A stretch of 63,961 nt of DNA, counting the filler, from Stramenopiles sp. TOSAG23-2 (lineage: Eukaryota): NCBI GenBank assembly GCA_900128395.1. It is 3 parts of 3 records of this genome, joined end to end, with 100 filler letters (N's around TTAATTAATTAA, not from the genome) between each part and the next. Parts side by side here need not be neighbours in the genome. Positions count along the whole stretch, not along the records: positions 44,652 to 63,961 come from LT649585.1; 2 more parts are not named here. One strand, given 5' to 3'. The notes beneath the pieces were generated by a model, which was not told where the DNA came from, did not search any database, and saw only the letters and a list, made by a program, of their open reading frames with translations. Below, one piece after another: positions 50,701-59,111 of this stretch. Position 1 is the first letter of the stretch, and each line of letters opens with the position of its first letter. A program made the position numbers and the translations under genes.

Positions 50701-52336
50701 CTGGATTAATGCTGAGTGTTCCACTCGCATATGCCCATTGGGTGTTGGCCACAAAGTATGCAGTGGCCGTGGTTTATGCGAAGAGTCTGCTTGTGTCTGC
50801 GACGATGAATTTTTCGGTAATGCGTGTGAATTAGGTGGTACCAAATCTTTGGCATCATCCATCGTTGATTCAAAGGTCAGGAATGAAACTGCAAAAGAAG
50901 AGAAAGCAGCCCCAAGTGAGGTTACAAATGAAATCGAAGAATTGAAAAAAATGGTAGTAAATGCAAAATCTGATCCAATGGAACAAGCATCTATTGAAAA
51001 AGTATTAAGAGAGAAAGAAGAAGCTGCAAAGGAATCTAAAGAAACTACTATCCTGAATGAGACCGAGATGGATACAGCACTTTTGAAAGTTACTGAAGAA
51101 GAAGAACGTATTGCAAAATTGAAAGCAGAAAAGGAAGCTGCAGAGAAAGCACGTAATCCAACAGATGTTGCTATAATCGAGAAAAGGCTTGCAGCAGAAG
51201 AACGTGGTTTAGCAGCTAGTAAAGTCGAAGAAGAAGTTGCATTAGAAAATAAAGAAACTGAAGAAGCTGCCAAGGGTGTCAAAGAAGTTAAAAATACAAC
51301 GAAAAAAGAAGTCAAAGTTGTTGAGAAAAAAGTACCAGTAGCAGCAAATGTTAGTGGTTGTGGCGAATGCTTTAATGGCAAATGTACCGATGGTATATGC
51401 TTGTGCAAAGAAGGATGGATGGGTAAATCATGTAATAAACAAACGTGTGGTAAAGGCTGCGTACATGGAACATGCTTAAATGGTGCATGTGAATGCGATG
51501 TCGATAAAGAAACTGGTTTGCCAGCTTTCTTCGGTCAAAGTTGTGAATTGCGTCAATGCCCAGGTTCATTCGTGAAAGGTGAATTCAAAGCATGCAGCGG
51601 CAATGGTGCATGTATGTCGGTTGGGGATAAAGCAAAAGATGCTGTGTGCGATTGCCAAGATGGGTACTCCAGATCAGACTGTAGTTTAGCAACGACAACT
51701 GATGAATCTTCCCCAATTGCTGACTGTAACAGTAAATGTGTTTCTAAGTGCCAAAAGAAATCTGGCGGCAATTCTGATAAATACTTGAATTGTTTCGGTA
51801 AATGCTCCAGTCGTTGTGGCGGTGTACAACGTAACAAGGTTCCATTCAATGTTACCAAGGATGCTCCAGTTACAATTAAAATGCCATCTAAGAAAGTAAT
51901 GAAGGAAATTGTTAAAGAAGTAGATTCACACGATATGGAAAAGAATATCGCTAAAGCTGAGGAGGAATTGAAAGGCGATGTTGAGGCACAGGTTAAACCA
52001 TCCACGTTAGTACATAAGTTAGATACAGTCAAATCAAGTATGCAACACATTTTAAATGAAGGGGTTAAGGACGACACCATGCATGGTGTATACATTGATG
52101 CCAATTTACGATGTGATCAATGCATGAAAGATACATTAGAAAAAATAGTTAGTAGTAAAAACGCTGATCAACCATTGGCAACATTTTTAGGTAGATTATG
52201 CGAAGAAGCTGGAAAGAAGAAATGCGATAAATTCAAAGCTGCTTTAATGGGAAATACGGAAGCAAAAGGCAGGAAAAAAGCAGTAAAATGGTATTGTAGT
52301 AAAGTACACAATTTGTGCAAAGAACAACCACAATAA
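44738..52336 (+). CDS. Secreted tenascin-like EGF-repeat protein (2532 aa) with coiled coil and C-terminal saposin-like domain
   Basis: Signal peptide (KILIVLIAFIFASSVYS), dozens of CPxxCSGxGxC..CxCxxGFxGxxC repeats, an E/K-rich coiled coil and a 6-Cys C-terminal module. Intronless, with no obvious TM helix. Confidence 0.92.
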   Translation: MISYNKILIVLIAFIFASSVYSSDVRYGVRKAPQVNSAEGTADALMKSELDIGSDLDVGAALARAEAVQRKSKEEFRFKQEETQPKLHNTIVKSGAAPKLAAAPPAMEMPQHKQHSSIFAPQKHSLFSWARSFVEPKAKVQHKEQHAHQHSVKNSYIKAANSLKHRQHAAPVRQQEQHRFVQTNLNVQEAASPKPAPMPAPAADLDRPSNETNKTQAATGVHELVSTLSGSFVVSGLSDQMELKRLDNFGKKALAAVTNYTKDSGKGIIVVDAMLMELKLKKVAESPPVKIVSLNETNGTNVTELNGEDNDVASEENINKIIDGDSTSMLIDLDQSKGLSVRMNFAIRGIRMESKEWLSEAKDSIQSLVIVPKGVNETNETMLAREKSTALLKKFQAVFAAYGNVTVSQMVISEFRGESFDVCPSLCSGNGVCEASGACKCKDGYADADCSDERCIGGCGRHGQCNETAKECMCDNGFAGEKCEKEACPNQCSKHGMCEKKSGDCICHQDWQGYDCSTPRCTKNCSNHGTCTATPAGPVCTCDQEWSGDYCNTPACPTSEKTLEKQCSGNGKCESGKCICRSGFVGEDCSEEYCPANCNGKGVCKNWACECFDGYEGVSCNRKSCATGCEKHGACENGTCICNKGFTGSACQKLICKADCNGRGLCINTKACVAHSDNCTKEHQCKCEQGYGGETCEKKLCPGSCGAKYGGKSGQCDYATGVCNCGVNFYGMECQYLRCPSRGGPRSGCSGHGRCDGKGKCQCDAGWIPGLRKDCNWKACPFSCSGNGACLNGTCTCNDGFTGKRCNIAECPGETPCSSRGICNSTDGTCSCKQGFTGPACQLTACPMNCNGKGDCDKNGKCVCHAGYSGDDCSTRYVVHGEILDEAKGIVECYHGYGGPDCNTKLCRSNCSHRGICVQGTCYCKPSWTGDHCQHAACPNECYYKGECKLGVCKCDEGYRGVDCSRRHVENGVCHVATGECECNKVAEKGAAFKGQMWTGESCNHKTCLNNCTNSKHGTCNGKLGVCECDPDWMGISCEKHACPYACHGNGLCKEGTCECNDMWGGEACEQRLYWCPLDCNKNGDCVKKTNKNGTATHSCKCNALPEKVVGGKRLTAMFPGQKYKGSTCAELSCPLGPKGNECSGKGVCSKGKCTCNNLFGGKACQLSVCKDACHYNGACVHKKGSDAATCNCDDGWTGETCGLKQCLGRGKCSGHGTCDEKSSTCKCHAGWSDKKCSTPKCPANCNGESHGVCTAKGCACKPGWTGDTCGQRSCPLQCSKAGACVDGKCKCDDYHTGEYCQNRKCLKDCNGHGVCDKKTFTCNCAPGFKGEACEKTTCGHSCGKHGTCVVDDAGVTAKCQCDPGYTGGLCEQTCNCNDRGVCGMSSKGVPKCIKCDAGYGGEHCEKQCPNKCSGHGECDSTGKCTCNQGFVGVSCVLKACPKQCSGHGLCQKTGFCKCSDGYAGDACDVFFWRCEKNCNNHGTCIKGNNGKHKCECDSKWAGELCDVEVCDPVCKNGGVCKNQTCLCTRGFAGRTCNLRVCPKNCMQHGRCLSNGRCKCDPGFKGKACSIRYVVNGKCSIVSKKCTCFEVDSVNATFAGQRWRGPACLAKTCPNNCTSPVNGVCQADGHCACHKGEWTGRDCSVPVCPNLCSGKGKCRQGACKCDEGYSGKDCSTFDSQYECPKACNQRGACVDKKCKCKIGFEGKACEFIKCPAKCSIHGRCARDGTGAPICVCKAGYTGIACMKTCRGGPTCSKNGICSVSNGTATCVCEQGFAGKACQLSCPDKCSGRGACYVTAAGLPECACRGGYSGWSCEKKPCPRECSQHGICNEGKCTCEADYTGDDCSTRRCSNDCSGKGACSGAPDYKCICQNGFTGEDCKEKVSCINDCSGHGECSMVKQGKAVVAKCVCEFGFGGLDCSGKVCAKDITGRECAGKGECKNGLCKCQPGFSGDACNVHDCKSAANGKSCSGNGFCNEKGTCVCDSGWINAECSTRICPLGVGHKVCSGRGLCEESACVCDDEFFGNACELGGTKSLASSIVDSKVRNETAKEEKAAPSEVTNEIEELKKMVVNAKSDPMEQASIEKVLREKEEAAKESKETTILNETEMDTALLKVTEEEERIAKLKAEKEAAEKARNPTDVAIIEKRLAAEERGLAASKVEEEVALENKETEEAAKGVKEVKNTTKKEVKVVEKKVPVAANVSGCGECFNGKCTDGICLCKEGWMGKSCNKQTCGKGCVHGTCLNGACECDVDKETGLPAFFGQSCELRQCPGSFVKGEFKACSGNGACMSVGDKAKDAVCDCQDGYSRSDCSLATTTDESSPIADCNSKCVSKCQKKSGGNSDKYLNCFGKCSSRCGGVQRNKVPFNVTKDAPVTIKMPSKKVMKEIVKEVDSHDMEKNIAKAEEELKGDVEAQVKPSTLVHKLDTVKSSMQHILNEGVKDDTMHGVYIDANLRCDQCMKDTLEKIVSSKNADQPLATFLGRLCEEAGKKKCDKFKAALMGNTEAKGRKKAVKWYCSKVHNLCKEQPQ

Positions 52337-52725
52337 CTTTTTTGAGCGAGTTTATTTTTTAAAAAAAAATAGTATATTAAATAATGTTCGTTAAATATTT
52401 TAATAACACATTAAATGTACATGTATATATATATTATTACTCGTATATGTATTTGCTCTATGCTCTACACTCTACCACTTTACGAAGCTCGTAATTATTA
52501 CGAATAACGGTAACGTGCGGATATATGTGTGTGCGCATTTTCATTACTATGCATAAAAATATTTTACGTGTGGCACTGTGAACCAAATGGCGATTTGATA
52601 TGATAACCATATCATATCAACTGTATGATATCATATATATTTAATGTACATCATATAAATATCATACAAGTTTCACGACAATTTAATATATAATGATCTA
52701 TAGACCCTCTAACATTACCTAGATT

Positions 52726-53667
52726 TTATAATTTTGATGATTTTTTTTTCGCACTACCACGTGGTATTAATCCACTTGGATCGACAATAATTCCAAACCT
52801 TTGCATGTTGTATGCATGGCATAATTGATGTAAACTAAACGCGCCATCCATTCCTTGTTTTCTACCAGTTGCATCTTCCGCTTGATTTACTGCTTCTTTT
52901 GAAAGCTGCAAAGCAAACATAGGATTCCTTGCAATTTTATGTGCTTTTTCCATGACAAAGGCATCTAAATCCGATGGATCAACAACATGACTAACAAATC
53001 CAAATAAATCTCTTGCATCAGTCGCTGAAATACTATCCCCAGTGAATAACATTTCCTTAGCGCGCCTTGACCCCATTTCTAATTGATGTGCAAAATATTC
53101 AACTCCACAAACACCCATTGCCACCACTGGATCTGAAAATTCTGCGTTGGACGCAGCTACTATGATATCACATGGCCAACATAACATTAAACCCCCTGCA
53201 ATGCATTTACCTTGCACGGCACAAATTGTTGGTTTTGGCGCATTTCTCCACCTTTCTGCCATATCTTTGTAAATTTCGCGTTCACGGTTAAACATACCTT
53301 CGGCAAGGAATTCGCCGTTTTTACCAGCTAAAGCTGGTGGAATCATTTTATTTTTTTGAGATGAATATCCAGTGGATGAATAATTTTGCCATTGACTTCG
53401 AGGTTTCCATGTCTCCCCAACTGTACCACTACGATCAGCTAAATCATGCCCAGCAGAGAAATTTTTGCCATTTGCCCGCAATACAATAACTCGCACAGAT
53501 GCATCAGCAATGGCTTTTTCCAATGCTTCATCAAGCGCATAAATTAATGCAAGTGACTGTGCATTCGCAGCTTTTGGACGATTCAAAGATATGACTGCAA
53601 TATTACCAGCATTTTTATCTTTAGCATGTTCCACCTTATATAATATTAATGATTCTTCTTGTGACAT
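52726..53667 (-). CDS. Enoyl-CoA hydratase/crotonase family protein with PTS1
   Basis: ISLNRPKAANA, FSAGHDL, PKPTICAVQGKCIAGGLML and AKEMLFTG motifs. Ends in -SKL. An alternative ATG lies at 53694. Confidence 0.92.
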   Translation of the reverse strand: MSQEESLILYKVEHAKDKNAGNIAVISLNRPKAANAQSLALIYALDEALEKAIADASVRVIVLRANGKNFSAGHDLADRSGTVGETWKPRSQWQNYSSTGYSSQKNKMIPPALAGKNGEFLAEGMFNREREIYKDMAERWRNAPKPTICAVQGKCIAGGLMLCWPCDIIVAASNAEFSDPVVAMGVCGVEYFAHQLEMGSRRAKEMLFTGDSISATDARDLFGFVSHVVDPSDLDAFVMEKAHKIARNPMFALQLSKEAVNQAEDATGRKQGMDGAFSLHQLCHAYNMQRFGIIVDPSGLIPRGSAKKKSSKL

Positions 53668-53972
53668 TTTGTTTTTATTTACTGTTCCCAACATTCGATA
53701 AAAAAAAATATCTTTTGTGTGTTGTATAAATAAAAAATATCTTTTTGTTACAATAACTTCTATGTTCTCAGATGATATATGTTTTTTGTTTTATAGTACA
53801 GTCATTTAGTACAAACACATTATAGTGTTTTGATAGGAACAAGTGAAAAAATTTTAAAATTGGCCATAATATAAATTGGCTATATATATATAATATACTT
53901 TATTACAGTAGTATGATGCGTAATAAAAGAATATTAATAATATCTTAATCTTTTTTTCTTCTGTCACACGTA

Positions 53973-54634
53973 GTAATAACATATATATTTGTGCATTTGC
54001 TTTATCTTGAATAATATTTCTAATCTGTTTGTGATATAGTAGTAAAAGTAATAGTAGTAGTATTCTCATTACGTATCGTATAAATATAGTAATAATAATT
54101 ATTGTACATGTGAGAAATCGTTGCCATAATGCAGCAACGAAATAAAAGCAAGTCGCCACGGACACGACAAAAGACAAAAAAAGATAGGGAAAATGATCAA
54201 CACTTTTGTACAACAGAGATGCAAATTATTGTATGCTCATTATTAGTATCATATGTATTAGTATTTTTCGTTTTTAAATTAGCAGATAAAGATTTTTCAA
54301 TATGTAATAACATATATATTTGTGCATTTGCTTTATCTTGAATAATATTTCTAATCTGTTTGTGATATAGTAGTAAAAGTAATAGTAGTAGTATTCTCAT
54401 TACGTATCGTATAAATATAGTAATAATAATTATTGTACATGTGAGAAATCGTTGCCATAATGCAGCAACGAAATAAAAGCAAGTCGCCACGGACACGACA
54501 AAAGACAAAAAAAGATAGGGAAAATGATCAACACTTTTGTACAACAGAGATGCAAATTATTGTATGCTCATTATTAGTATCATATGTATTAGTATTTTTC
54601 GTTTTTAAATTAGCAGATAAAGATTTTTCAATAT
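53973..54634. repeat. Exact tandem duplication, 331-bp unit (promoter and 5' end of the GH20 gene)
   Basis: GTAATAACATATATATTTGTG... occurs at 53973 and 54304, creating the spurious ORF 54129-54341. Confidence 0.93.
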
Positions 54635-57117
54635 TATACACTGTAAAACAAAGCCACGTAAATATAGATATATATAACCTCTTGCCAAAAATTCAAGATA
54701 TAAATTCATTTAGTACAAATTCAATGCTTCAGACAAACGTTGAGTATGATGATATTGTAGCATATATGACTTCGCCGACAAAAAGTTTGAAAATCGATCC
54801 TCAATCAGCATGTGCGTCCAGTGTTGAGGGTACGTGTCGTAGTGCAGGAAATATTTTTGATAAAGATCCGAAATCTCGGTGGTCCAGCATGTGGGAAAAT
54901 AAACAATATATATCATTTAGAATAGATCAAACAAACATTTGCAATACAATATCACAAATTAGTATTATATGGGAAACTGCTGCAGCAAAAGAATATGCAA
55001 TAGAAATATCAAACAACGGAAAGAACTGGACAGAAATAGGTCATTTTAAAACAAATCGAAAGAATTGGAAAGTACATACGGATTTAATAACACTGGCAAG
55101 TCCAATTTGTTGTGTACCACTATGGCGAATCAATTGCATATCACGTGCGACGAAATATGGTTTTAGTATTCATGAAATAGTTTTGATTAAAAAGGATGAT
55201 GATGACAATAATAATAATAATGATAATATAAAAAAACGTGTCCGTAAATGTAAACGATTATTAAAAGCAATTAAAGTTTTGAGTGGTACAATTAAGCAAT
55301 CATTGTTACCATGTGAAAAGAAAGACTCTACAGCAATGGTAAAATATGGTGGTATGATTATAAACAATAGAAAAAGTAGAAGACGTGTTAAAAATCGTCC
55401 ATATGCAATTTTTCCAGAACCATCAAAATTGTATAAATTTAGCAGGAATTTAGTTACATTTCAATTACATAAATTAAAGATCGTAGGTGTTGATGATTCA
55501 AAACCGTTTTTACAAAACGGAATTAAAATATGGAAAGAATATATGAAAAAACAATTTTCAACTCCTATCAATTATAGAAAAGATGATGATGATACTGACG
55601 ACAAGAAGGACAGAAACAAGGAAATTTCAACCATATCAATTACTATTTTATCTAAAACTGCTGTTGGTGAAGAAATTGATTTTTTCGAAAATGTTGAATC
55701 ATATAAATTACATATTCCAAATAAAAAACATGGTAAAATTCAAATACAAAGTAAAAGTGAAATGGGTATATTAAGAGGTTTGACCACGTTGCTACAGCTG
55801 TGCCAACATTATCATTATATCAAATCTGATAATAGTAACGAATATAATAATAGAAAAGATGGTAAATGCCATGGTGTAAATGATTATTGCTATGAAATAC
55901 CAGGTGTACCTATATTTATTCGTGATGAACCCTATTTAAAATACAGAGGGTTACTTGTAGATAGTGCGCGTGTTCATTTAACAGCTTTAAATTTGCAGCA
56001 AATTATCGACACCATGTTTATGATGAAATTTAATGTACTTCATTGGCATTTGTCTGATGATGTACATTTTGGATTGAAATTAATGTGGTATAAAAATAAG
56101 CCCTTGTGGGAGAAAGGAGCTTGTAGTCCAGAGGAAGTTCTTGGGAAAACAGAAGTACAAGCTATCGTCCAATATGCAAATGAACGTGGAATTTTAATCA
56201 TACCAGAGCTTGATCTGCCTGGACATGCATTGTCATGGACTAAAAGTTTTCCGGATTTATTAGCAACAAAAGCATGTGGTACATGGGGCGTACCGATTGA
56301 TGTAACAAGAGATAGTGCATATGCTATTGTTAAATCAGTATATTTAGAAGTTTATGAATGGTTCAATATAAAGCAATCAAAATTTTTGCACCTTGGTGGG
56401 GATGAAATAAATGAAAAATGCTGGGAAGACGACCCTGAAATTAAAAAACGGGCTGAAGATTTGAAAATTCCTATATATGGATTAGCATCGTATTTCTTCT
56501 TCAATATAATAAGAGTATTGAATATCGATATTGATGAAAATATCAATACTATCATATGGCAAGAGAGTGCAATTCCGTTATTATCCGTATACAACAAAAA
56601 TCGTGATGTATGGCCGGTAAAGAAAACGTTTTTAATTCATATTTGGAAAACAAAAGAGTGGGAAAATACCAACATATTGCAAGATGCTGAGAGCATGCCG
56701 ATGCTAGCAAAGGAAAATTTCAAATTTATCATGTCAAAAGGTTGGTATCTGAATGATGATGATCAAGAGCAGTGCAAGACGTTTAAACAATGTTATAAAC
56801 GAAATCCTGACATTATAGTAAATGCTAAACTTGAAGATGAAAATAACAATTATAATAAAGAAAAAAGTTTGATAGAAGTAGAAGAAGGAGACTTCAGCGA
56901 TGTCGGCTCTTCAAATGCAAATAAATTGAACATATTTGGAGGTGAAGTTAGTATGTGGGAGACACATCCTGAAACCATTCCAACTATGTATAAACGTATG
57001 GCAGCAATAAGTGATCGTATGTGGAACAAGCAAATGGAAAGGAAAATTAAAGGCATTTTGAAAAAAGAGAAAAAAGCAGATGAATATGTTCAATTTTTAA
57101 ATGGTGTCTTATTGTAA
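54460..57117 (+). CDS. GH20 beta-N-acetylhexosaminidase with N-terminal TM anchor and F5/8C (CBM32-like) domain
   Basis: YRGLLVDSAR, FNVLHWHLSDD, PELDLPGH, catalytic HLGGDE and GGEVSMW motifs. N-terminal SRWSS..IIWETAAAKEYAIEISNNGKNW..YGFSIHEI. Confidence 0.92.
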   Translation: MQQRNKSKSPRTRQKTKKDRENDQHFCTTEMQIIVCSLLVSYVLVFFVFKLADKDFSILYTVKQSHVNIDIYNLLPKIQDINSFSTNSMLQTNVEYDDIVAYMTSPTKSLKIDPQSACASSVEGTCRSAGNIFDKDPKSRWSSMWENKQYISFRIDQTNICNTISQISIIWETAAAKEYAIEISNNGKNWTEIGHFKTNRKNWKVHTDLITLASPICCVPLWRINCISRATKYGFSIHEIVLIKKDDDDNNNNNDNIKKRVRKCKRLLKAIKVLSGTIKQSLLPCEKKDSTAMVKYGGMIINNRKSRRRVKNRPYAIFPEPSKLYKFSRNLVTFQLHKLKIVGVDDSKPFLQNGIKIWKEYMKKQFSTPINYRKDDDDTDDKKDRNKEISTISITILSKTAVGEEIDFFENVESYKLHIPNKKHGKIQIQSKSEMGILRGLTTLLQLCQHYHYIKSDNSNEYNNRKDGKCHGVNDYCYEIPGVPIFIRDEPYLKYRGLLVDSARVHLTALNLQQIIDTMFMMKFNVLHWHLSDDVHFGLKLMWYKNKPLWEKGACSPEEVLGKTEVQAIVQYANERGILIIPELDLPGHALSWTKSFPDLLATKACGTWGVPIDVTRDSAYAIVKSVYLEVYEWFNIKQSKFLHLGGDEINEKCWEDDPEIKKRAEDLKIPIYGLASYFFFNIIRVLNIDIDENINTIIWQESAIPLLSVYNKNRDVWPVKKTFLIHIWKTKEWENTNILQDAESMPMLAKENFKFIMSKGWYLNDDDQEQCKTFKQCYKRNPDIIVNAKLEDENNNYNKEKSLIEVEEGDFSDVGSSNANKLNIFGGEVSMWETHPETIPTMYKRMAAISDRMWNKQMERKIKGILKKEKKADEYVQFLNGVLL

Positions 57118-57613
57118 ATTGTACTCGTAAAATATTAACATGCAACAATGCACTTTTGTGTTTACACCACAGACGACCGGCGATGACTGAATACTGAACT
57201 GACATCAGGAGTATTTTGATACGTTCGTATTTCGTATTATCACGGGCGTGTGGCGAGTCAGGGGTATTTTGTCCTCTGTGCTACGAACACTAAAATAATA
57301 AAGAATATTATAAAATATTTTTGTGTTTTTGTGTAAAAAAATATACCCTCGTATTTTTTATTTTCACTCCGGCAATTCCTTACTCTCCTTTAATTGTTTT
57401 CAAGGTATTCTCTTCAAAAGAATGCAATAACGGAGAGGCAATAATCTATCACATACTATTATCATATCATAACTATTACGAATCTTCTCACATATAAAAT
57501 TTTACGCATTTTTATATATATATCATGAATATATAATATATAATTTGCGAACGCGTATATCATTTTTTTCTTGCCCCAGAGAAAAACTACGTGTACAAAC
57601 CTTTCGTCCAAAT

Positions 57614-58897
57614 TTACAGTCTCTTCCCATCCAATTTATGTTGTATTGGTATTAAACATTGTAAATCTAATACTGAACAAATTTCACTAATAACATCAAT
57701 TACCCAAGAACCATAGGTAACAATGCTTTGTAACATTAAATATTGAACAAACATAAGCCCATTCAAATTTTGAAACATTCCAATACCTGTTTGTGTCAAG
57801 AACTCAATGATGTCTGACATGAAAAATAATCCGAATGCAACAATAAATAAATTAGGCTGCAAAAGCGAAAAAGTACCATGTCCCATATTTAACACAATAC
57901 GCTGTGTTGTTACATAAACAGTTGATAAAGCTATCATCATTAAAATATAATGCGGATATAGAACCATTAAGTTTGTATTTAATACACTACACGTGTATAT
58001 CAAGAGGCATGATGGCACTAAAACAGACAGAAACTCTAAAAATAATTTAGAGTCTGTTGGTGTAGATAGCAGAGTAGTTATCACCATGAAAGAACCGGAA
58101 GGTATAAGTCCACCATATATGAATAATTCATTTGGCTGTATTTCAATGTCTGGATATCCAAACATTTCCAATGTGCCAATAGGTGTTGTCCAAAATGATA
58201 TTGGTAGAAATGCACTTATCACATGTGTAAATATTATTACAAGCTGCGTTTCTGACACACCAACAACACCACCCATGCTGTGTTGCAATGTTCCAGTGCG
58301 AGACTCTGCTAATTGTGCAATATAAAACGGTAATTGCGAAGCCGCTAATGCATATATTGCTAGTGGTGTTGGCCCTGTTTGTAACGTTGTGCAAAATATA
58401 ATTGAGCAAAGTGGAGTAGATAATGCATCGCAGCCATGGTCAAATAATTGCCCTAATGGACTCCCATTCTTCGTACGCCTAGCATGTTTTCCATCCATGG
58501 CATCTAACGTTTGATACAGGAATAATGTTATGCCACAGGTGAAATTGACCCAAGGGCGTATATCACCTTTCATGTTAAAATTCGTTTCATTACCAATTAA
58601 AAAATAGGCAAAAACATTAAAAAATAAACCAAGCAAAGTTACTAAATTAGGTGCAAATGATGAATTTACGAAATCATCACTACCATCACCTTTGGCCCCT
58701 TTCTTCAACAACGTACTAGGTATCAATTGAGCGCACCATAGCCAAAATGGATTCATTAGGTTATCGATTGGTGTGTATGCACCACCTTTGTATTTATGCG
58801 TTGCAATATGAAATAAACTATCATCCGATAGGCGTCGTGTAAAGTAACCTTTAGCATTTTCTGCACGTTTACGGGCTAATTTTTCATCTGTTAACAT
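57614..58897 (-). CDS. Choline/ethanolamine phosphotransferase (CDP-alcohol phosphotransferase)
   Basis: APNLVTLLG and LDAMDGKHARRTKNGSPLGQLFDHGCD signature, with multiple TM segments. The likely start is ATG 58897. Confidence 0.93.
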   Translation of the reverse strand: MLTDEKLARKRAENAKGYFTRRLSDDSLFHIATHKYKGGAYTPIDNLMNPFWLWCAQLIPSTLLKKGAKGDGSDDFVNSSFAPNLVTLLGLFFNVFAYFLIGNETNFNMKGDIRPWVNFTCGITLFLYQTLDAMDGKHARRTKNGSPLGQLFDHGCDALSTPLCSIIFCTTLQTGPTPLAIYALAASQLPFYIAQLAESRTGTLQHSMGGVVGVSETQLVIIFTHVISAFLPISFWTTPIGTLEMFGYPDIEIQPNELFIYGGLIPSGSFMVITTLLSTPTDSKLFLEFLSVLVPSCLLIYTCSVLNTNLMVLYPHYILMMIALSTVYVTTQRIVLNMGHGTFSLLQPNLFIVAFGLFFMSDIIEFLTQTGIGMFQNLNGLMFVQYLMLQSIVTYGSWVIDVISEICSVLDLQCLIPIQHKLDGKRL

Positions 58898-59111
58898 TGT
58901 GTATAAATATTTTTTTTGTTCTTTTCGTAATAAAGATAAATACAAACAACGCTTTCAATTGGCTTTTTTCTATCTATATAAATGTAAATAATTCTTCGTT
59001 TTTTTATTTTTTATATAATATTATTCTTTATAAATGTGATATTTACGAAAGGTATCGGTGTGATGATCCTATTTTTATTAATCCCTCTGCTGGTAAATTA
59101 ATAATCATATA

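Noticed and set aside
45984-52104. Numerous overlapping alternative-frame and antisense ORFs over the EGF gene
   Set aside because: Shadow ORFs produced by repetitive Cys/Gly codons, with no independent protein signal.
54129-54341. Apparent small paralog of the GH20 N-terminus
   Set aside because: A product of the 331-bp exact duplication.
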